In this document: positions 23,309-34,991 of the stretch, piece by piece | Numbering within the stretch: position 1 is the first letter of the stretch | Layout of the letters: each line of letters opens with the position of its first letter | NCBI RefSeq assembly: GCF_017348835.2 | Contig: NZ_CP071375.1 | DNA from: Escherichia coli | GTDB taxonomy: Bacteria; Pseudomonadota; Gammaproteobacteria; Enterobacterales; Enterobacteriaceae | Length of the DNA: 64,000 nt | Direction: 5' to 3' (one strand) | Notes under the pieces: generated by a model | The model's database searches: none | What the model was told of the DNA's origin: nothing | The model's input: the letters and a program-made list of their open reading frames with translations, nothing else | Made by a program: the position numbers and the translations under genes

Positions 23309-24739
23309 ATGCAAATGCAGCATCTGATGGTTGGCTATCCTAAGTACTACCAAACGGCCGATTATGCGTTGAGGCTTTCAGTGATGGCTGATATAGCAAC
23401 AATGAGAATGAAGGCTCTGCACTTCTGGGATAAACACGGTATTTCTGCAGCTTCTGAAGCCTTTGGCGTGTCCTGCCGCACGCTTTACTGGTGGCGTCAG
23501 TTACTGAACAAGGAAGGACCTGAGGGGCTAATCCCGCACAGTAAGGCACCTCTGGTGCGACGAAAAAAACACTGGCATCCCGATGTGCTGAAAGAGATTC
23601 GACGCCTCAGGACAGAGCTGCCGAACCTCGGTAAAGAGCAGATTTTTGTTCGCCTGAAGCCCTGGTGCGAACAGCGCTATCTGGCCTGTCCGAGTGTTTC
23701 CACCATCGGCAGAATGATCGCTGCCGCACATGATAAAATGCGGATGATACCTGTGCGTCTGGGATCGCGGGGGAAGGCACTGCTTGTCAAAAAGCGGTCT
23801 GCCAAACCCCGCAGGCCAAAGCACTACCGCCCGGTAAAGACAGGTGAGCTCATTGGGATGGACGCCATTGAGCTCAGAATGGGCGAACTGCGTCGCTATG
23901 TCATCACCATGATCGACGAATGCAGCAATTACGCGCTGGCTGTGCCGTCACTCAACAGTGATATCGTCAATCACTTCTTCAGCCGCGCAGCCCGGTTGTT
24001 CCCGGTCGGTATCAGCCAGATAATCACAGATAACGGAAAAGAGTTCCTGGGAAACTTCGACAAAACGCTGCAGGAAGCCGCTATCAAACACCTCTGGACC
24101 TATCCCTACACGCCAAAAATGAACGCTATCTGTGAACGTTTTAACCGGACGTTAAGAGAGCAGTTTATTGAATTTAATGAGATTTTACTCTTTGAAGATC
24201 TGGCGCTATTTAACCAGAAGCTGGCGGAATATCTGGTGCTGTATAACAGCAAAAGACCCCACAAGGCGCTCGCACTAATGACGCCCGTGGAATATATTTT
24301 AAAAGAGAATAAAAATTGCAATATGTGGTGGACCCATACAATGTCTTGCCTCCCTGCAAAGAAGAGACTAACATTCGAATTGCTTAGGTTCGAACGCTGG
24401 CCTCAGGTTGATAGAAATATCGCCTGGGGCTTTTGTCCATCTGGAACCTCGCGAATGCTTAACGCCAGACAGCCTCAAGCACCCGACGCCATTCTATACC
24501 TGATAATTCTTCCAGCGGCGTTCACGTTTAAAATCAGGAATGCTGCTCGCAAAATAAAAACGCCCCCATCATTTCTGACAGAGGCGTTTAATTTATCCGG
24601 CAATATTTACCCTTCGTGTAACCCACATTCCCTTTTTAAGCCAAAGAAACGCGTTTCTTCTTCCGCCATGCCAGGTTCCCATTTACGGGTTGTATGGGTA
24701 TCACCGACCGATAAATATCCTTCGTCCCATAATGGGTGA
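23309..24739 (+). mobile_element. rve-domain (DDE integrase-core) transposase ORF, IS481-like; probably a 3'-truncated IS remnant
   Basis: HTH near the N-terminus (FGVSCRTLYWWRQ), catalytic core with GMDAIE...TDNGKEF...CERFNRT, ending about YNSKRPHKALALMTPVEY near 24300. The ORF then runs ~140 low-complexity codons without a stop and overlaps the cysH 3' end. No terminal inverted repeats recognised. Confidence 0.5.
24553..24590 (-). terminator. Putative intrinsic terminator downstream of cysH
   Basis: Minus-strand hairpin AAACGCC...GGCGTTT followed by TTTTATTTT about 20 nt after the cysH stop; the loop is long, so the hairpin is weak. Confidence 0.4.
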
Positions 24740-25341
24740 TATTTCAGGCCATGCTTTTGCAGATACTGATATATCGTTCGGTTATCCCAATCGATAATCG
24801 GTAGCACTTTAAATACGCCACGCTGAATTGTCAGCACCGGTAAATTGGCGCGGCTGCCGGATTGTTCGCGGCGCAGGCCAGCAAACCACGTTTGCGCGTT
24901 AAGTTCTTTCAGCGCCCGGTTCATCGGTTCGACTTTGTTGATGTCATTGTACTTTTCAATGCCTTCAACGCCCTGCTCCCACAGTTTTCCGTAGCGTGCT
25001 TCCTGCCAGGCTGCGCTTTCGGTAGCACGGTACACTTTCAGGTTGAGCTTGAGTTTGTCCGTTAACTCGTCAATAAAGCGGTAGGTTTCCGGGAACAAGT
25101 AACCGGTATCGGTGAGGATCACTGGAATATCCGGGCGAATCTGATTCACCAGATGCAGGCTCACCGCCGCCTGAATGCCGAAGCTGGAAGAAAGCACATA
25201 TTCACCGGGCAGATTATCCAGCGCCCAGGCTACGCGGCCTTCAGCGTCCAGTTTTTCCAGTTGGGCGTTAGTTTCCGCCAGCGCCAGAATGCGATCTACC
25301 TTCGGCAGTTCGTTCAGGGCGTTTAGATCGAGTTTGGACAT
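24607..25341 (-). CDS. cysH: Phosphoadenosine phosphosulfate reductase
   Basis: 244 aa from [17 protein letters not shown]; the ORF-track start is 51 codons upstream. Confidence 0.95.
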   Translation of the reverse strand: MSKLDLNALNELPKVDRILALAETNAQLEKLDAEGRVAWALDNLPGEYVLSSSFGIQAAVSLHLVNQIRPDIPVILTDTGYLFPETYRFIDELTDKLKLNLKVYRATESAAWQEARYGKLWEQGVEGIEKYNDINKVEPMNRALKELNAQTWFAGLRREQSGSRANLPVLTIQRGVFKVLPIIDWDNRTIYQYLQKHGLKYHPLWDEGYLSVGDTHTTRKWEPGMAEEETRFFGLKRECGLHEG

Positions 25342-25362
25342 AGATTCCTCACTGTTTGCCTT

Positions 25363-25398
25363 GCCTGATGCGACGCTCACGCGTCTTATCAGGCCTAC
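25363..25398. repeat. REP (repetitive extragenic palindromic) element between cysH and cysI
   Basis: GCCTGATGCGACGCTCACGCGTCTTATCAGGCCTAC. Confidence 0.6.
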
Positions 25399-25414
25399 AA
25401 GACCGGGCTGATGG

Positions 25415-27127
25415 TTAATCCCACAAATCGCGCGCCGGATCGAGCACCGGGCGAATGATGCCCGCACGCACCGTAAAGTCGCCGAAGCCTTCACCCGCTT
25501 CGCGCTCTTTCGCCCAGCGCCCTATCAGTTCATCAAGCGACGCCAGGATTTCCGGCTCGGTGATGTTTTCTTTATACATCCGTGGGATACGTGTCCCAAT
25601 ACGGTTGCCGCCAAGATGCAGGTTGTAGCGACCCGGCGCTTTACCCACCAGCCCCACTTCCGCCAGCATCGCGCGACCACAACCGTTCGGGCAGCCTGTT
25701 ACACGCATCACGATATGCTCATCGCTGACACCATGTTTCGCCATTAAATTATCGATGTTGTCGATAAAAGACGGCAGGAAACGCTCCGCTTCCGCCATCG
25801 CCAGCGGGCAAGTCGGGAATGACACGCAGGCCATTGAGTTTTCACGCTGCGGCGTGACGGCATTCATTAACCCGCTCTCTTTAGCGATCTTCTCGATCTT
25901 CGCTTTCTCGCTTTCCGGCACACCGGCGATGATCAGATTCTGGTTCGCCGTAATGCGGAAATCACCTTTGTGGATCTTCGCGATCTCCAGCAGGCCGGTT
26001 TTCAGCGGACGCCCCGGATAATCAAGGATGCGACCATTTTCGATAAACAGCGTCAGGTGCCAGTTATCATCAATGCCCTTAACCCAGCCAATACGATCTC
26101 CACGTCCGGTGAACTCATACGGACGGATCGGTTCAAATTTGATCCCCGCGCGACGTTCCACTTCCGCTTTAAATGTCTCAACACCCACGCGCTCCAGCGT
26201 GTATTTGGTTTTGGCATTTTTACGATCGGTACGGTTACCCCAATCGCGCTGAGTCGTCACGACGGCTTCCGCCACCGCCAGGGTATGCTCCAGCGGCAGA
26301 TAACCAAACTCGCTCGCCGTGCGGGCGTAGGTTTTCTTATTACCGTGTTCGATGGAAAGCCCGCCGCCCACCAGCAGGTTAAAGCCTACCAGCTTGCCGT
26401 TTTCGGCGATTGCCACGAAGTTCATGTCGTTGGCATGCAGATCGATATCGTTCTGCGGCGGGATCACTACCGTGGTTTTGAATTTACGCGGCAAATAAGT
26501 CTGACCGAGGATCGGTTCTTCATCGGTGGTGGCGACTTTTTCCTGATCGAGCCAGATCTCCGCATACGCGCGGGTACGCGGCAGCAGATGTTCAGAGATT
26601 TTCTTCGCCCATTCATACGCTTCCGCGTGTAGCTGCGACTCGTAAGGGTTCGAGGTACAGAGTACGTTACGGTTCATGTCGTTAGCGGTCGCCAGCGCAT
26701 CAAGACCGACTGAGTGCAGCATCTGGTGCACCGGTTTGACGTTCTTTTTCAGAATGCCGTGGAACTGAAACGTCTGGCGGTTGGTCAGGCGAATGCTGCC
26801 ATAGATGGTGTTTTCACCGGCAAATTTGTCGATCGCCTGCCACTGTTTAGTGGTAATCACCCCACCCGGCAGACGGCAGCGCAACAGCATCGCGTGGCGC
26901 GGCTCCAGCTTCTGTTCAGCACGTTCGGCGCGGATGTCGCGGTCATCCTGCTGATACATGCCGTGGAAGCGGATCAGCAGGAAGTTGTCGCCCTTAAAGC
27001 CGCCGGTCAGACCGTCGTTTAAATCTTCCGCAATGGTGCCGCGCAGGTAGTTGCTTTCAAGCTTCATGCGCTCGGCGTCTGTCAGTTTTCCTTCGACCAC
27101 TAAAGGCCCTGGATGTTTTTCGCTCAT
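25415..27127 (-). CDS. cysI: Sulfite reductase (NADPH) hemoprotein beta subunit
   Basis: 570 aa; siroheme/4Fe-4S cysteine motifs (CPNGC). Confidence 0.95.
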   Translation of the reverse strand: MSEKHPGPLVVEGKLTDAERMKLESNYLRGTIAEDLNDGLTGGFKGDNFLLIRFHGMYQQDDRDIRAERAEQKLEPRHAMLLRCRLPGGVITTKQWQAIDKFAGENTIYGSIRLTNRQTFQFHGILKKNVKPVHQMLHSVGLDALATANDMNRNVLCTSNPYESQLHAEAYEWAKKISEHLLPRTRAYAEIWLDQEKVATTDEEPILGQTYLPRKFKTTVVIPPQNDIDLHANDMNFVAIAENGKLVGFNLLVGGGLSIEHGNKKTYARTASEFGYLPLEHTLAVAEAVVTTQRDWGNRTDRKNAKTKYTLERVGVETFKAEVERRAGIKFEPIRPYEFTGRGDRIGWVKGIDDNWHLTLFIENGRILDYPGRPLKTGLLEIAKIHKGDFRITANQNLIIAGVPESEKAKIEKIAKESGLMNAVTPQRENSMACVSFPTCPLAMAEAERFLPSFIDNIDNLMAKHGVSDEHIVMRVTGCPNGCGRAMLAEVGLVGKAPGRYNLHLGGNRIGTRIPRMYKENITEPEILASLDELIGRWAKEREAGEGFGDFTVRAGIIRPVLDPARDLWD

Positions 27128-28926
27128 TAGTAGACATCTCGCTGATAACGGCGCTCTACGCGCAGCTCACTTAAAAATTCATCCGCCGCTTCGGTGTCCA
27201 TGCCACCAAATTCGGCAATCACTTCCAGAAGTGCCTGCTCAACGTCTTTCGCCATGCGATTAGCGTCGCCGCAGACATAAATGTGGGCACCGTCATTGAT
27301 CCAGCGCCACAGCTCCGCGCCCTGTTCGCGCAGTTTATCTTGTACGTAAACTTTTTCTTTTTGGTCGCGCGACCAGGCGAGATCGATCCGCGTCAGCACA
27401 CCCTCTTTGACGTAGCGCTGCCACTCCACCTGATACAGGAAGTCTTCCGTAAAATGCGGATTGCCAAAGAACAGCCAGTTTTTACCTGGCGCTTCGTCAG
27501 CGGCGCGTTGCTGCATAAAGGCGCGGAACGGCGCAATACCGGTGCCTGGGCCAATCATAATCACCGGGGTTTCCGGGTTAGCGGGCAGGCGGAAGTTATC
27601 GTTATGTTCGATAAATACGCGGACTTCGCCCTCTTCTTCCACGCGGTCCGCGAGGAAGCTGGAGGCACCACCAGCACGGGCGCGGCCTTCCACGTCGTAA
27701 CGCACCACACCAACGGTGACGTGTACTTCGTTCTCGACTTCCGCCTGCGAGGAGGCAATGGAATAGAGACGCGGCGTCAGCGGGCGCAGCAGATTAATTA
27801 GCGCTTCGGCATCAAGCTGTGCCGGGGAGAAACGCACCATGTCAACAATCGGCGTCGTCGCGGCGTAATGCTGTAACTTCGCTTTATCGCCCACCAGCGG
27901 CAGCAGTGTTTCACTGCGGGTAAGCGTGGCGTAATTCTCAACAATGTTGGCGGTGTTGACGGTCAGTTCGAAGTGCCACTGTAGCGCTTCGTTCAGAGGC
28001 AACGTTTTGCCCTCGACGGTGACAGGTTCATCGCCTTTCAGCCACAGCAGTTCGACAAGTTCTTTCACTAGTGCCGGATCGTTCTGATACCAGACACCCA
28101 GCGCGTCACCCGGCTGGTAACGCAGGCCCGAGTCACCTAAGTCAATTTCGATATGGCGAACGTCTTTTTCAGAGTTACGCCCGGTAATTTTCTGGTTAAC
28201 CGAAAGGCTCGCCACCAGCGGCGCGTCTTTGCTGTACGGGCTGGTGTGGATTTCATTTACCACGCCAGTAGCGACGGATTGCAAAGGTGCCGCGACAGGC
28301 GCACGCGATTTAAGCGCATCAACCACGCGGGCGCGCCACTCGCTGGCAGCAGCCTGGTATTCAACGTCGGCGTCGACACGGTCGAGCAGGCGTTCACCGC
28401 CCAGTTCCGCCAGCTTGCTGTCGAAATCTTTCCCGGACTGGCAGAAAAATTCATAAGAACTATCGCCGAGGCTAAACACGGCAAAAGCGGTATTTTCCAG
28501 CTTCGGCGCTTTTTTGGAGAACAGGAACTTATGCAGCGCGACGGCTTCTTCCGGCGGTTCCCCTTCTCCTTGCGTTGACGTCACCACGATAAGCAGTTTT
28601 TCGCTGGCGATTTGTTTGAATTTATAGTCGCCCGCGTTCACCAGCTTAACGTTCAGTTTTGCCGTCAATAAATCATCGCGTAATGCTTCAGCAACCCGGC
28701 GCGCATTGCCGGTTTGCGAAGCAGAGATAATAGTTATACCCGGCATTTCTGCGGCTGGCGCTGGCGTCGCTGCAAGCGCAGCAGGCTGCTGATTGAGCAC
28801 GCCCCAGAAATAGCCAGAAACCCAGGCAAGCTGGGTGGGAGTTAAATCGGTCGTGGCCGCCTGAAGGCGTGCCAGTTGCTCCGGGTTCAACGGAAGCAAC
28901 GCGGAAGGTGGGACCTGTGTCGTCAT
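27127..28926 (-). CDS. cysJ: Sulfite reductase (NADPH) flavoprotein alpha subunit
   Basis: 599 aa flavodoxin plus FAD/NADPH reductase domains; stop overlaps the cysI start. Confidence 0.95.
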   Translation of the reverse strand: MTTQVPPSALLPLNPEQLARLQAATTDLTPTQLAWVSGYFWGVLNQQPAALAATPAPAAEMPGITIISASQTGNARRVAEALRDDLLTAKLNVKLVNAGDYKFKQIASEKLLIVVTSTQGEGEPPEEAVALHKFLFSKKAPKLENTAFAVFSLGDSSYEFFCQSGKDFDSKLAELGGERLLDRVDADVEYQAAASEWRARVVDALKSRAPVAAPLQSVATGVVNEIHTSPYSKDAPLVASLSVNQKITGRNSEKDVRHIEIDLGDSGLRYQPGDALGVWYQNDPALVKELVELLWLKGDEPVTVEGKTLPLNEALQWHFELTVNTANIVENYATLTRSETLLPLVGDKAKLQHYAATTPIVDMVRFSPAQLDAEALINLLRPLTPRLYSIASSQAEVENEVHVTVGVVRYDVEGRARAGGASSFLADRVEEEGEVRVFIEHNDNFRLPANPETPVIMIGPGTGIAPFRAFMQQRAADEAPGKNWLFFGNPHFTEDFLYQVEWQRYVKEGVLTRIDLAWSRDQKEKVYVQDKLREQGAELWRWINDGAHIYVCGDANRMAKDVEQALLEVIAEFGGMDTEAADEFLSELRVERRYQRDVY

Positions 28927-29241
28927 GCGTCGTTATGTTCCAGTAAGCAAAGCTGTTTCTGCGCCCTGTCAGCGCCCATAAAACAGAAGAGAAGGTAAGG
29001 TTAACGGGGTGAACGGTGTGGATTAAAGACGGGATAGCGATAACTAATAACCAAATCGACTAACCTGTTTTAGCAATAGTCTTTAACAACAAAATAGATT
29101 AACCAACCTAATGAAAAACAAATGAATTTAGCCAATCATTAAGATAAATCAGCGATTTTGCGCAACAAAGTCGTTTTAGATAATGCGAAAAAACAGCCTT
29201 TCCGGTACTCTACGGCGGTTTTATCGTCCTGTAGAGAAATT

Positions 29242-29607
29242 ATGATGTCCACCACGTTATTTAAAGATTTCACCTTCGAAGCCGCTCACCGCTTACCACA
29301 CGTCCCGGAAGGGCATAAATGTGGTCGCCTGCACGGGCATTCCTTTATGGTGCGACTGGAAATTACCGGGGAAGTCGATCCGCATACGGGCTGGATTATC
29401 GATTTCGCTGAACTAAAAGCGGCGTTTAAGCCAACTTATGAGCGCCTCGATCACCATTATCTCAATGATATTCCAGGTCTGGAAAACCCAACTAGCGAAG
29501 TTTTAGCAAAATGGATTTGGGATCAGGTTAAACCCGTTGTGCCGCTGTTAAGTGCGGTGATGGTAAAAGAAACCTGCACCGCAGGGTGCATCTATCGCGG
29601 CGAATGA
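29242..29607 (+). CDS. queD: 6-carboxy-5,6,7,8-tetrahydropterin synthase
   Basis: 121 aa from [18 protein letters not shown]; CxxxHGH zinc motif. Confidence 0.9.
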   Translation: MMSTTLFKDFTFEAAHRLPHVPEGHKCGRLHGHSFMVRLEITGEVDPHTGWIIDFAELKAAFKPTYERLDHHYLNDIPGLENPTSEVLAKWIWDQVKPVVPLLSAVMVKETCTAGCIYRGE

Positions 29608-29684
29608 TAAGAGTGTGTCGGCGGTCAATTTCCCTTAAGTAACGCTATGTTAGGGTGTTGTGTTCAGGATATCTGGGGCATGAC

Positions 29685-30956
29685 ATGGAAGACGACTGCG
29701 ACATTATTATTATTGGTGCCGGTATTGCAGGCACCGCTTGTGCGTTACGCTGCGCGCGAGCGGGTTTATCCGTTTTGTTACTGGAACGCGCTGAAATCCC
29801 CGGCAGCAAAAATCTTTCCGGCGGGCGGTTATATACCCATGCACTCGCGGAACTCCTCCCGCAATTTCATCTGACCGCGCCTCTTGAACGACGCATCACT
29901 CACGAAAGCCTTTCCCTGTTAACGCCGGATGGCGCAACGACGTTTTCCAGCTTACAGCCCGGCGGTGAATCCTGGAGTGTATTACGTGCACGGTTCGATC
30001 CGTGGCTGGTTGCCGAAGCCGAAAAAGAAGGTGTCGAATGCATCCCTGGTGCGACGGTGGATGCACTGTATGAAGAAAACGGCAGGGTGTGTGGTGTCAT
30101 TTGTGGTGACGATATTCTCCGCGCCCGTTATGTGGTGCTGGCAGAAGGTGCCAACAGCGTCCTGGCTGAACGTCACGAGTTAGTGACTCGTCCTGCTGGC
30201 GAAGCGATGGCGTTGGGGATCAAAGAAGTGCTGTCGCTGGAAACATCCGCTATTGAAGAACGTTTTCATCTGGAGAATAACGAAGGCGCAGCGTTGCTGT
30301 TCAGTGGCGGAATCTGTGATGACTTTCCCGGCGGCGCATTTCTTTATACTAATCAACAAACGCTCTCGTTAGGGATTGTTTGCCCGCTCTCTTCCCTTAC
30401 GCAAAGCCGTGTTCCGGCAAGCGAGCTGCTGACTCGCTTTAAAGCGCATCCGGCAGTGCGCCCGCTTATCAAAAACACGGAATCACTGGAGTATGGTGCG
30501 CATCTGGTGCCAGAAGGTGGCTTGCACAGTATGCCGGTACAATACGCCGGTAACGGCTGGCTGCTGGTGGGCGATGCGTTACGCAGTTGCGTCAATACCG
30601 GAATCTCCGTGCGCGGCATGGATATGGCGCTGACTGGCGCACAGGCGGCGGCACAAACGCTGATAAGCGCCTGCCAGCACCGCGAGCCGCAAAATCTGTT
30701 TCCGCTTTATCATCACAACGTAGAGCGCAGCCTGCTGTGGGATGTTCTACAGCGTTATCAGCATGTTCCGGCGCTTTTGCAACGCCCTGGCTGGTATCGG
30801 GCGTGGCCTGCGTTAATGCAGGATATTTCCCGCGATTTATGGGATCAGGGTGATAAACCTGTTCCACCGCTGCGCCAATTATTCTGGCGTCATTTACATC
30901 GTCACGGCCTGTGGCATCTGGCGGGCGATTTTATCAGGAGTCTGCGATGTCTGTAG
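29685..30956 (+). CDS. ygcN: FixC-like FAD-dependent oxidoreductase (ETF-quinone oxidoreductase family)
   Basis: Rossmann motif IIIIGAGIAGTACAL; start taken at MEDDCD. Confidence 0.85.
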   Translation: MEDDCDIIIIGAGIAGTACALRCARAGLSVLLLERAEIPGSKNLSGGRLYTHALAELLPQFHLTAPLERRITHESLSLLTPDGATTFSSLQPGGESWSVLRARFDPWLVAEAEKEGVECIPGATVDALYEENGRVCGVICGDDILRARYVVLAEGANSVLAERHELVTRPAGEAMALGIKEVLSLETSAIEERFHLENNEGAALLFSGGICDDFPGGAFLYTNQQTLSLGIVCPLSSLTQSRVPASELLTRFKAHPAVRPLIKNTESLEYGAHLVPEGGLHSMPVQYAGNGWLLVGDALRSCVNTGISVRGMDMALTGAQAAAQTLISACQHREPQNLFPLYHHNVERSLLWDVLQRYQHVPALLQRPGWYRAWPALMQDISRDLWDQGDKPVPPLRQLFWRHLHRHGLWHLAGDFIRSLRCL

Positions 30957-31207
30957 CCCGTAATCTCTGGCGCGTTGCTGATGCGCCACACATTGTTCCG
31001 GCTGACTCCGTTGAGCGCCAGACGGTACAACGGTTGATTAATGCCTGTCCGGCAGGTCTTTTTTCGCTCACACCGGAAGGTGACTTACGCGTTGATTATC
31101 ACGGCTGCCTGGAGTGTGGCACCTGCCGTCTGCTGTGCGACGAAAAAACACTACAACAGTGGCGCTATCCGCCTTCCGGATTCGGCATCACCTACCGCTT
31201 TGGATAA
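30947..31207 (+). CDS. ygcO: FixX-like ferredoxin
   Basis: 86 aa with CLECGTCRLLC cysteine cluster. Confidence 0.8.
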   Translation: MSVARNLWRVADAPHIVPADSVERQTVQRLINACPAGLFSLTPEGDLRVDYHGCLECGTCRLLCDEKTLQQWRYPPSGFGITYRFG

Positions 31208-31223
31208 ATAATAAGGATAATTT

Positions 31224-31799
31224 ATGCCCCTCTTACACCTGCTCCGCCAGAATCCGGTGATTGCTGCCGTTAAAGATAATGCCAGCCTGCAACTGGCAAT
31301 CGATTCTGAATGCCAATTTATTTCCGTGTTGTACGGCAATATCTGCACCATCAGTAATATCGTTAAAAAGATTAAGAACGCCGGGAAATATGCTTTTATT
31401 CATGTTGATTTGCTGGAAGGCGCGTCAAATAAAGAAGTCGTTATTCAGTTTTTGAAACTGGTGACCGAGGCGGACGGCATTATCAGTACCAAAGCCTCAA
31501 TGTTGAAAGCGGCAAGAGCGGAAGGTTTTTTCTGTATTCATCGCCTGTTTATTGTTGATTCGATTTCGTTTCACAACATTGATAAGCAAGTTGCGCAATC
31601 GAATCCGGATTGTATTGAGATCCTGCCAGGCTGCATGCCCAAAGTGCTGGGCTGGGTGACGGAAAAAATCCGCCAACCGCTGATTGCTGGCGGGCTGGTA
31701 TGCGATGAAGAAGATGCGCGTAATGCGATTAACGCGGGTGTCGTGGCGCTTTCCACCACGAATACCGGAGTCTGGACGTTAGCGAAAAAATTGCTTTGA
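31224..31799 (+). CDS. ygcP: GlpP-like (glycerol-3-phosphate responsive) antiterminator-family protein
   Basis: 191 aa; conserved position in the ygc cluster. Confidence 0.8.
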   Translation: MPLLHLLRQNPVIAAVKDNASLQLAIDSECQFISVLYGNICTISNIVKKIKNAGKYAFIHVDLLEGASNKEVVIQFLKLVTEADGIISTKASMLKAARAEGFFCIHRLFIVDSISFHNIDKQVAQSNPDCIEILPGCMPKVLGWVTEKIRQPLIAGGLVCDEEDARNAINAGVVALSTTNTGVWTLAKKLL

Positions 31800-31865
31800 C
31801 GGGATAATCGTAACCAATTGAATTTGGTTTGATTTGTAGGCCGCACGCCACATCCGACATTCAGC

Positions 31866-31902
31866 GCCTGATGCGACGCTTAACACGTCTTATCAGGCCT
31901 AC
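31866..31902. repeat. REP element between ygcP and ygcQ
   Basis: GCCTGATGCGACGCTTAACACGTCTTATCAGGCCTAC. Confidence 0.55.
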
Positions 31903-31946
31903 AGGTCCCCAGTCCAGAACCGTAGGCAGGATCATCCGGCAACACG

Positions 31947-32807
31947 TTATTGGCAATCTGCGTGAATGGTTGTCACCAGTGCCTCCAGCACCACTTTCCA
32001 GTCATCAACCACGCCAACATCTGCCTGTGAAAATACCGCTGCGCTGGCGTCATGATTAATCGCCACCACAAACTTGCTATTGCGTACGCCCGCCATTAAC
32101 GCTGCTGCGCCAGAAGCGCCAACAACAATACACACCTCAGGTGCCAGCAGATGTCCGGAAATACCAATCACTTTTTCAGCATCAACGCCACCGTTCATCA
32201 CTCGCGCCCGACTGTAGCCCACTTCGGCTCCCAGCTTTTCTGCCAGCATAGCGATTTCCTGGTTATCTGCCTCTCCGCCCTGCCCCACCACCAACACCCG
32301 TCTGGCCTCAGCTAATGGGTCGCGGGTAACATTTTTCAGGTTCTCTATGCTAACCAGCCAGTCCGGAAGCGCACCTGGGACTATGTTCAGTTGCTGCATA
32401 CCAGAGGGCAACGTGGCATTTTTATCTGCTCCCGCCTGGCGCGCCAGGGAAAGGCATAGCGGGCGTTTTTCTGTTTGCAGCGTCGCCGTTAGCGCATTTC
32501 CCCAGTGGGATTTGCGCACGCTTACGGTTGGAATATCTAACGAAGTCACCTGGCAGATGCTTGCACCATGTAAACGCCAGGCCAGCCGGGTCGACAGTTC
32601 ATCGCCAAACGTTCCCGGCGGAAAGAGAACAACGTCCGCAGGCGTTCGCTGCCACTGTTCCACCAGCGCATCCAGCACCTGTTCCACCACTACGGGCTGT
32701 GGTTCTATTTGCCAGTGCGCCAGGGTACAACCGCTGAAATCCTGCGCCGCCAGCCAGCCCGCTAATGCGGCATTCTCCTGATTTATTGTCACAATTGCGA
32801 TATTCAT
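31947..32807 (-). CDS. ygcQ: Electron transfer flavoprotein alpha-subunit-like (FixB-like)
   Basis: 286 aa from MNIAIVTINQ. Confidence 0.85.
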   Translation of the reverse strand: MNIAIVTINQENAALAGWLAAQDFSGCTLAHWQIEPQPVVVEQVLDALVEQWQRTPADVVLFPPGTFGDELSTRLAWRLHGASICQVTSLDIPTVSVRKSHWGNALTATLQTEKRPLCLSLARQAGADKNATLPSGMQQLNIVPGALPDWLVSIENLKNVTRDPLAEARRVLVVGQGGEADNQEIAMLAEKLGAEVGYSRARVMNGGVDAEKVIGISGHLLAPEVCIVVGASGAAALMAGVRNSKFVVAINHDASAAVFSQADVGVVDDWKVVLEALVTTIHADCQ

Positions 32808-33583
32808 GGCTGCATCCTTTGGCGTAAATAGTCCTGCCATAGCTTTTGCGCTTTTTCTGCTACCGTTTGCCCATCAATCAGCGTCGCTCCGCGTCGTTGC
32901 TCTGCTCTTGCCAGTTGCAGACACTGCATCGCTGGCAATTCGGCAGCAACAGTTTTACGGATAATTTCCGCTTTCCCCGCAGCCATTCGCTGGCGCATTC
33001 CCGGTACTGGCAAGGCCACTTCACCGCACTGACGCACGGCAATCACCGCAGGCAAGCGAATCCGACAACAGCGCAGCCCATGTTCAGTACGCTGTTCGAG
33101 GGTGATAAACGGCGCGTCGAGAGTGAAACGCTCCACCTGGGTGAAGCAGGGCCAGCCCAGCATTTCCGCCAGCAAAAATGGCGTTTGCCCATTCTGCCCT
33201 TCGCTGCTTTGGCAGCCGGTAATTATCAGATCCAGCGGATTCTGACGCTGCCATTCGGCAATATGGCGAGCGACAAATTCCGACGCAAAGCGCAGATCTG
33301 CCGCCGTCTCCAGCAATACAGCTTCCTCAAACCCAAGAGCCATGAGATAGCGCAGCCAGTGTAACGCCCGTTCATCCCCCATGCTCAACGCGGTTAAAGA
33401 CATCGGCGTACCGTTTTTTCTCTGCGCCAACAGCAGCGCGGCGGCAGCCTGTTCATCAGCACCGAGTAAACTTCGCAGTAGCGAAACATCCGGTCCGCTA
33501 TTACCCTGAGCCGCCGCCTGCCACTCTTTTTCCGCCAGCATTCCGGCATCCGGTTCGGCTTTAAACGCTAACAGAATGTTCAT
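32804..33583 (-). CDS. ygcR: Electron transfer flavoprotein beta-subunit-like (FixA-like)
   Basis: 259 aa; stop overlaps the ygcQ start. Confidence 0.85.
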   Translation of the reverse strand: MNILLAFKAEPDAGMLAEKEWQAAAQGNSGPDVSLLRSLLGADEQAAAALLLAQRKNGTPMSLTALSMGDERALHWLRYLMALGFEEAVLLETAADLRFASEFVARHIAEWQRQNPLDLIITGCQSSEGQNGQTPFLLAEMLGWPCFTQVERFTLDAPFITLEQRTEHGLRCCRIRLPAVIAVRQCGEVALPVPGMRQRMAAGKAEIIRKTVAAELPAMQCLQLARAEQRRGATLIDGQTVAEKAQKLWQDYLRQRMQP

Positions 33584-34898
33584 TCGCACCTCCTACATTT
33601 CCCGCCGCCACCAGCGGGAGTGCTTTGGTTTCTGGTGCCCATAGCCAGGTCACAACAAAACCAACCAACAACACTGCCGCCAGGAGCAATAAGGTGACTT
33701 GCATTCCCCACTGCGCCAGCACCCACGGCAGCAGGCCAGTACTTACCGCCGCCCCCAACCGACTCATGGCGGTGGCAAAACCGACGCCCAGCGAGCGAAT
33801 GTCAGTAGGAAAACTTTCCGCAGGCAAAATGCCCACCAGATTACTGACTGCCGAAATGGTGGTGCTGAAGAGAACAAAAAGCAGCAGCGTTAATGAACTG
33901 CCGGAAGGCAAACAGGCCATCACTACCAGCGTTGCCGCCAGCAGCAAAAAACTTCCCAGCAAAAATTTGCGATGTGCCAGCAGGTGCGTCAGAACTAATC
34001 CCAGCAGCGCGCCCACAATTAACAACGCATTAAGCATCAGGCTGGCAGTCAGCGCATCTTCCAGTCCAATAGTCTGGGCGATAGTTGGCAGCCAGGTATA
34101 AATCACAAACCATGGGATTACGAGGCAGACAAAGAAGACGCTGTTAAACGCCGTGCGCCGCCAGTAACGCGAAGAGAACAAGGTTTTGATGTGTTTATGG
34201 GTCGCCGTTACCACTTCATCGCCCAGTAAAACATGGGGACCAAAATAGCGATGCACGATAGCGTGAGCTTCTGCAAAACGCCCCTGGCGCAGTAGCCAGC
34301 GTGGCGATTCTGGCGTTCCCCAGCGTAATAACGTAATCAACAACGCGGGCAGAGCTGCCGATGCCAGCAGCCAGCGCCAGGCCTCCGGGCTTTCGCTAAT
34401 AAAGTGATGTCCGGCAATACTTGCCAGCACATAACCTACGGTCCACACCACGCTGAATGCGCCCAGCAAAATACCGCGATGGCGGCGCGGGGAAAATTCA
34501 GCCAGCAAGGTGTGACCAACTGAGTAATCGCCTCCCAGCCCAATGCCGATCAAAATGCGCAGCCCAATAAGATGCTCTGGCGTGGTGGCAAAAAATTGCA
34601 AGAACGAAGCGAGCGTAATCAGCAAAAAGCTGAAGGTGAAGATTTTTTGCCGACCAATATGGTCGGAGATCCACCCAAGAACCAGGCTGCCAAGAAACAA
34701 ACCAAGGAGCGCCGAGCCGCCGATCATTCCCGCCATAAACGGCGTCAGTTGCATGGCGGGCGTAAGCTGAATAATGGCGTAACCAATGACGCCGAGAACA
34801 TAACCGTCGGTCAGGTGTGCGCCGAAAGTGAGCGCAGCAATTCGACAGTGAAAACGGTTAAGCGGTAAATCATCCATTCGCACCGGTGAAGTGTTCAT
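33561..34898 (-). CDS. ygcS: MFS transporter (sugar/metabolite:H+ symporter family)
   Basis: 445 aa, 12 predicted transmembrane segments, MFS motif GWISDHIGRQK. Confidence 0.85.
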   Translation of the reverse strand: MNTSPVRMDDLPLNRFHCRIAALTFGAHLTDGYVLGVIGYAIIQLTPAMQLTPFMAGMIGGSALLGLFLGSLVLGWISDHIGRQKIFTFSFLLITLASFLQFFATTPEHLIGLRILIGIGLGGDYSVGHTLLAEFSPRRHRGILLGAFSVVWTVGYVLASIAGHHFISESPEAWRWLLASAALPALLITLLRWGTPESPRWLLRQGRFAEAHAIVHRYFGPHVLLGDEVVTATHKHIKTLFSSRYWRRTAFNSVFFVCLVIPWFVIYTWLPTIAQTIGLEDALTASLMLNALLIVGALLGLVLTHLLAHRKFLLGSFLLLAATLVVMACLPSGSSLTLLLFVLFSTTISAVSNLVGILPAESFPTDIRSLGVGFATAMSRLGAAVSTGLLPWVLAQWGMQVTLLLLAAVLLVGFVVTWLWAPETKALPLVAAGNVGGANEHSVSV

Positions 34899-34991
34899 CT
34901 TTACCCCTTCATTGTCCGGTAATAAGAACGGCTTCTCGCCTGAGAAGCCGAAAAGGCAACGCCCCATCATCGCGGAACGCTGCCTGACACA

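Noticed and set aside
22903-24600. Possibility that the cas3-cysH interval hosts a novel defence or accessory system
   Set aside because: The content is explained by a Hok-family toxin gene and a truncated rve-transposase ORF; nothing else of coding quality lies between them and cysH.
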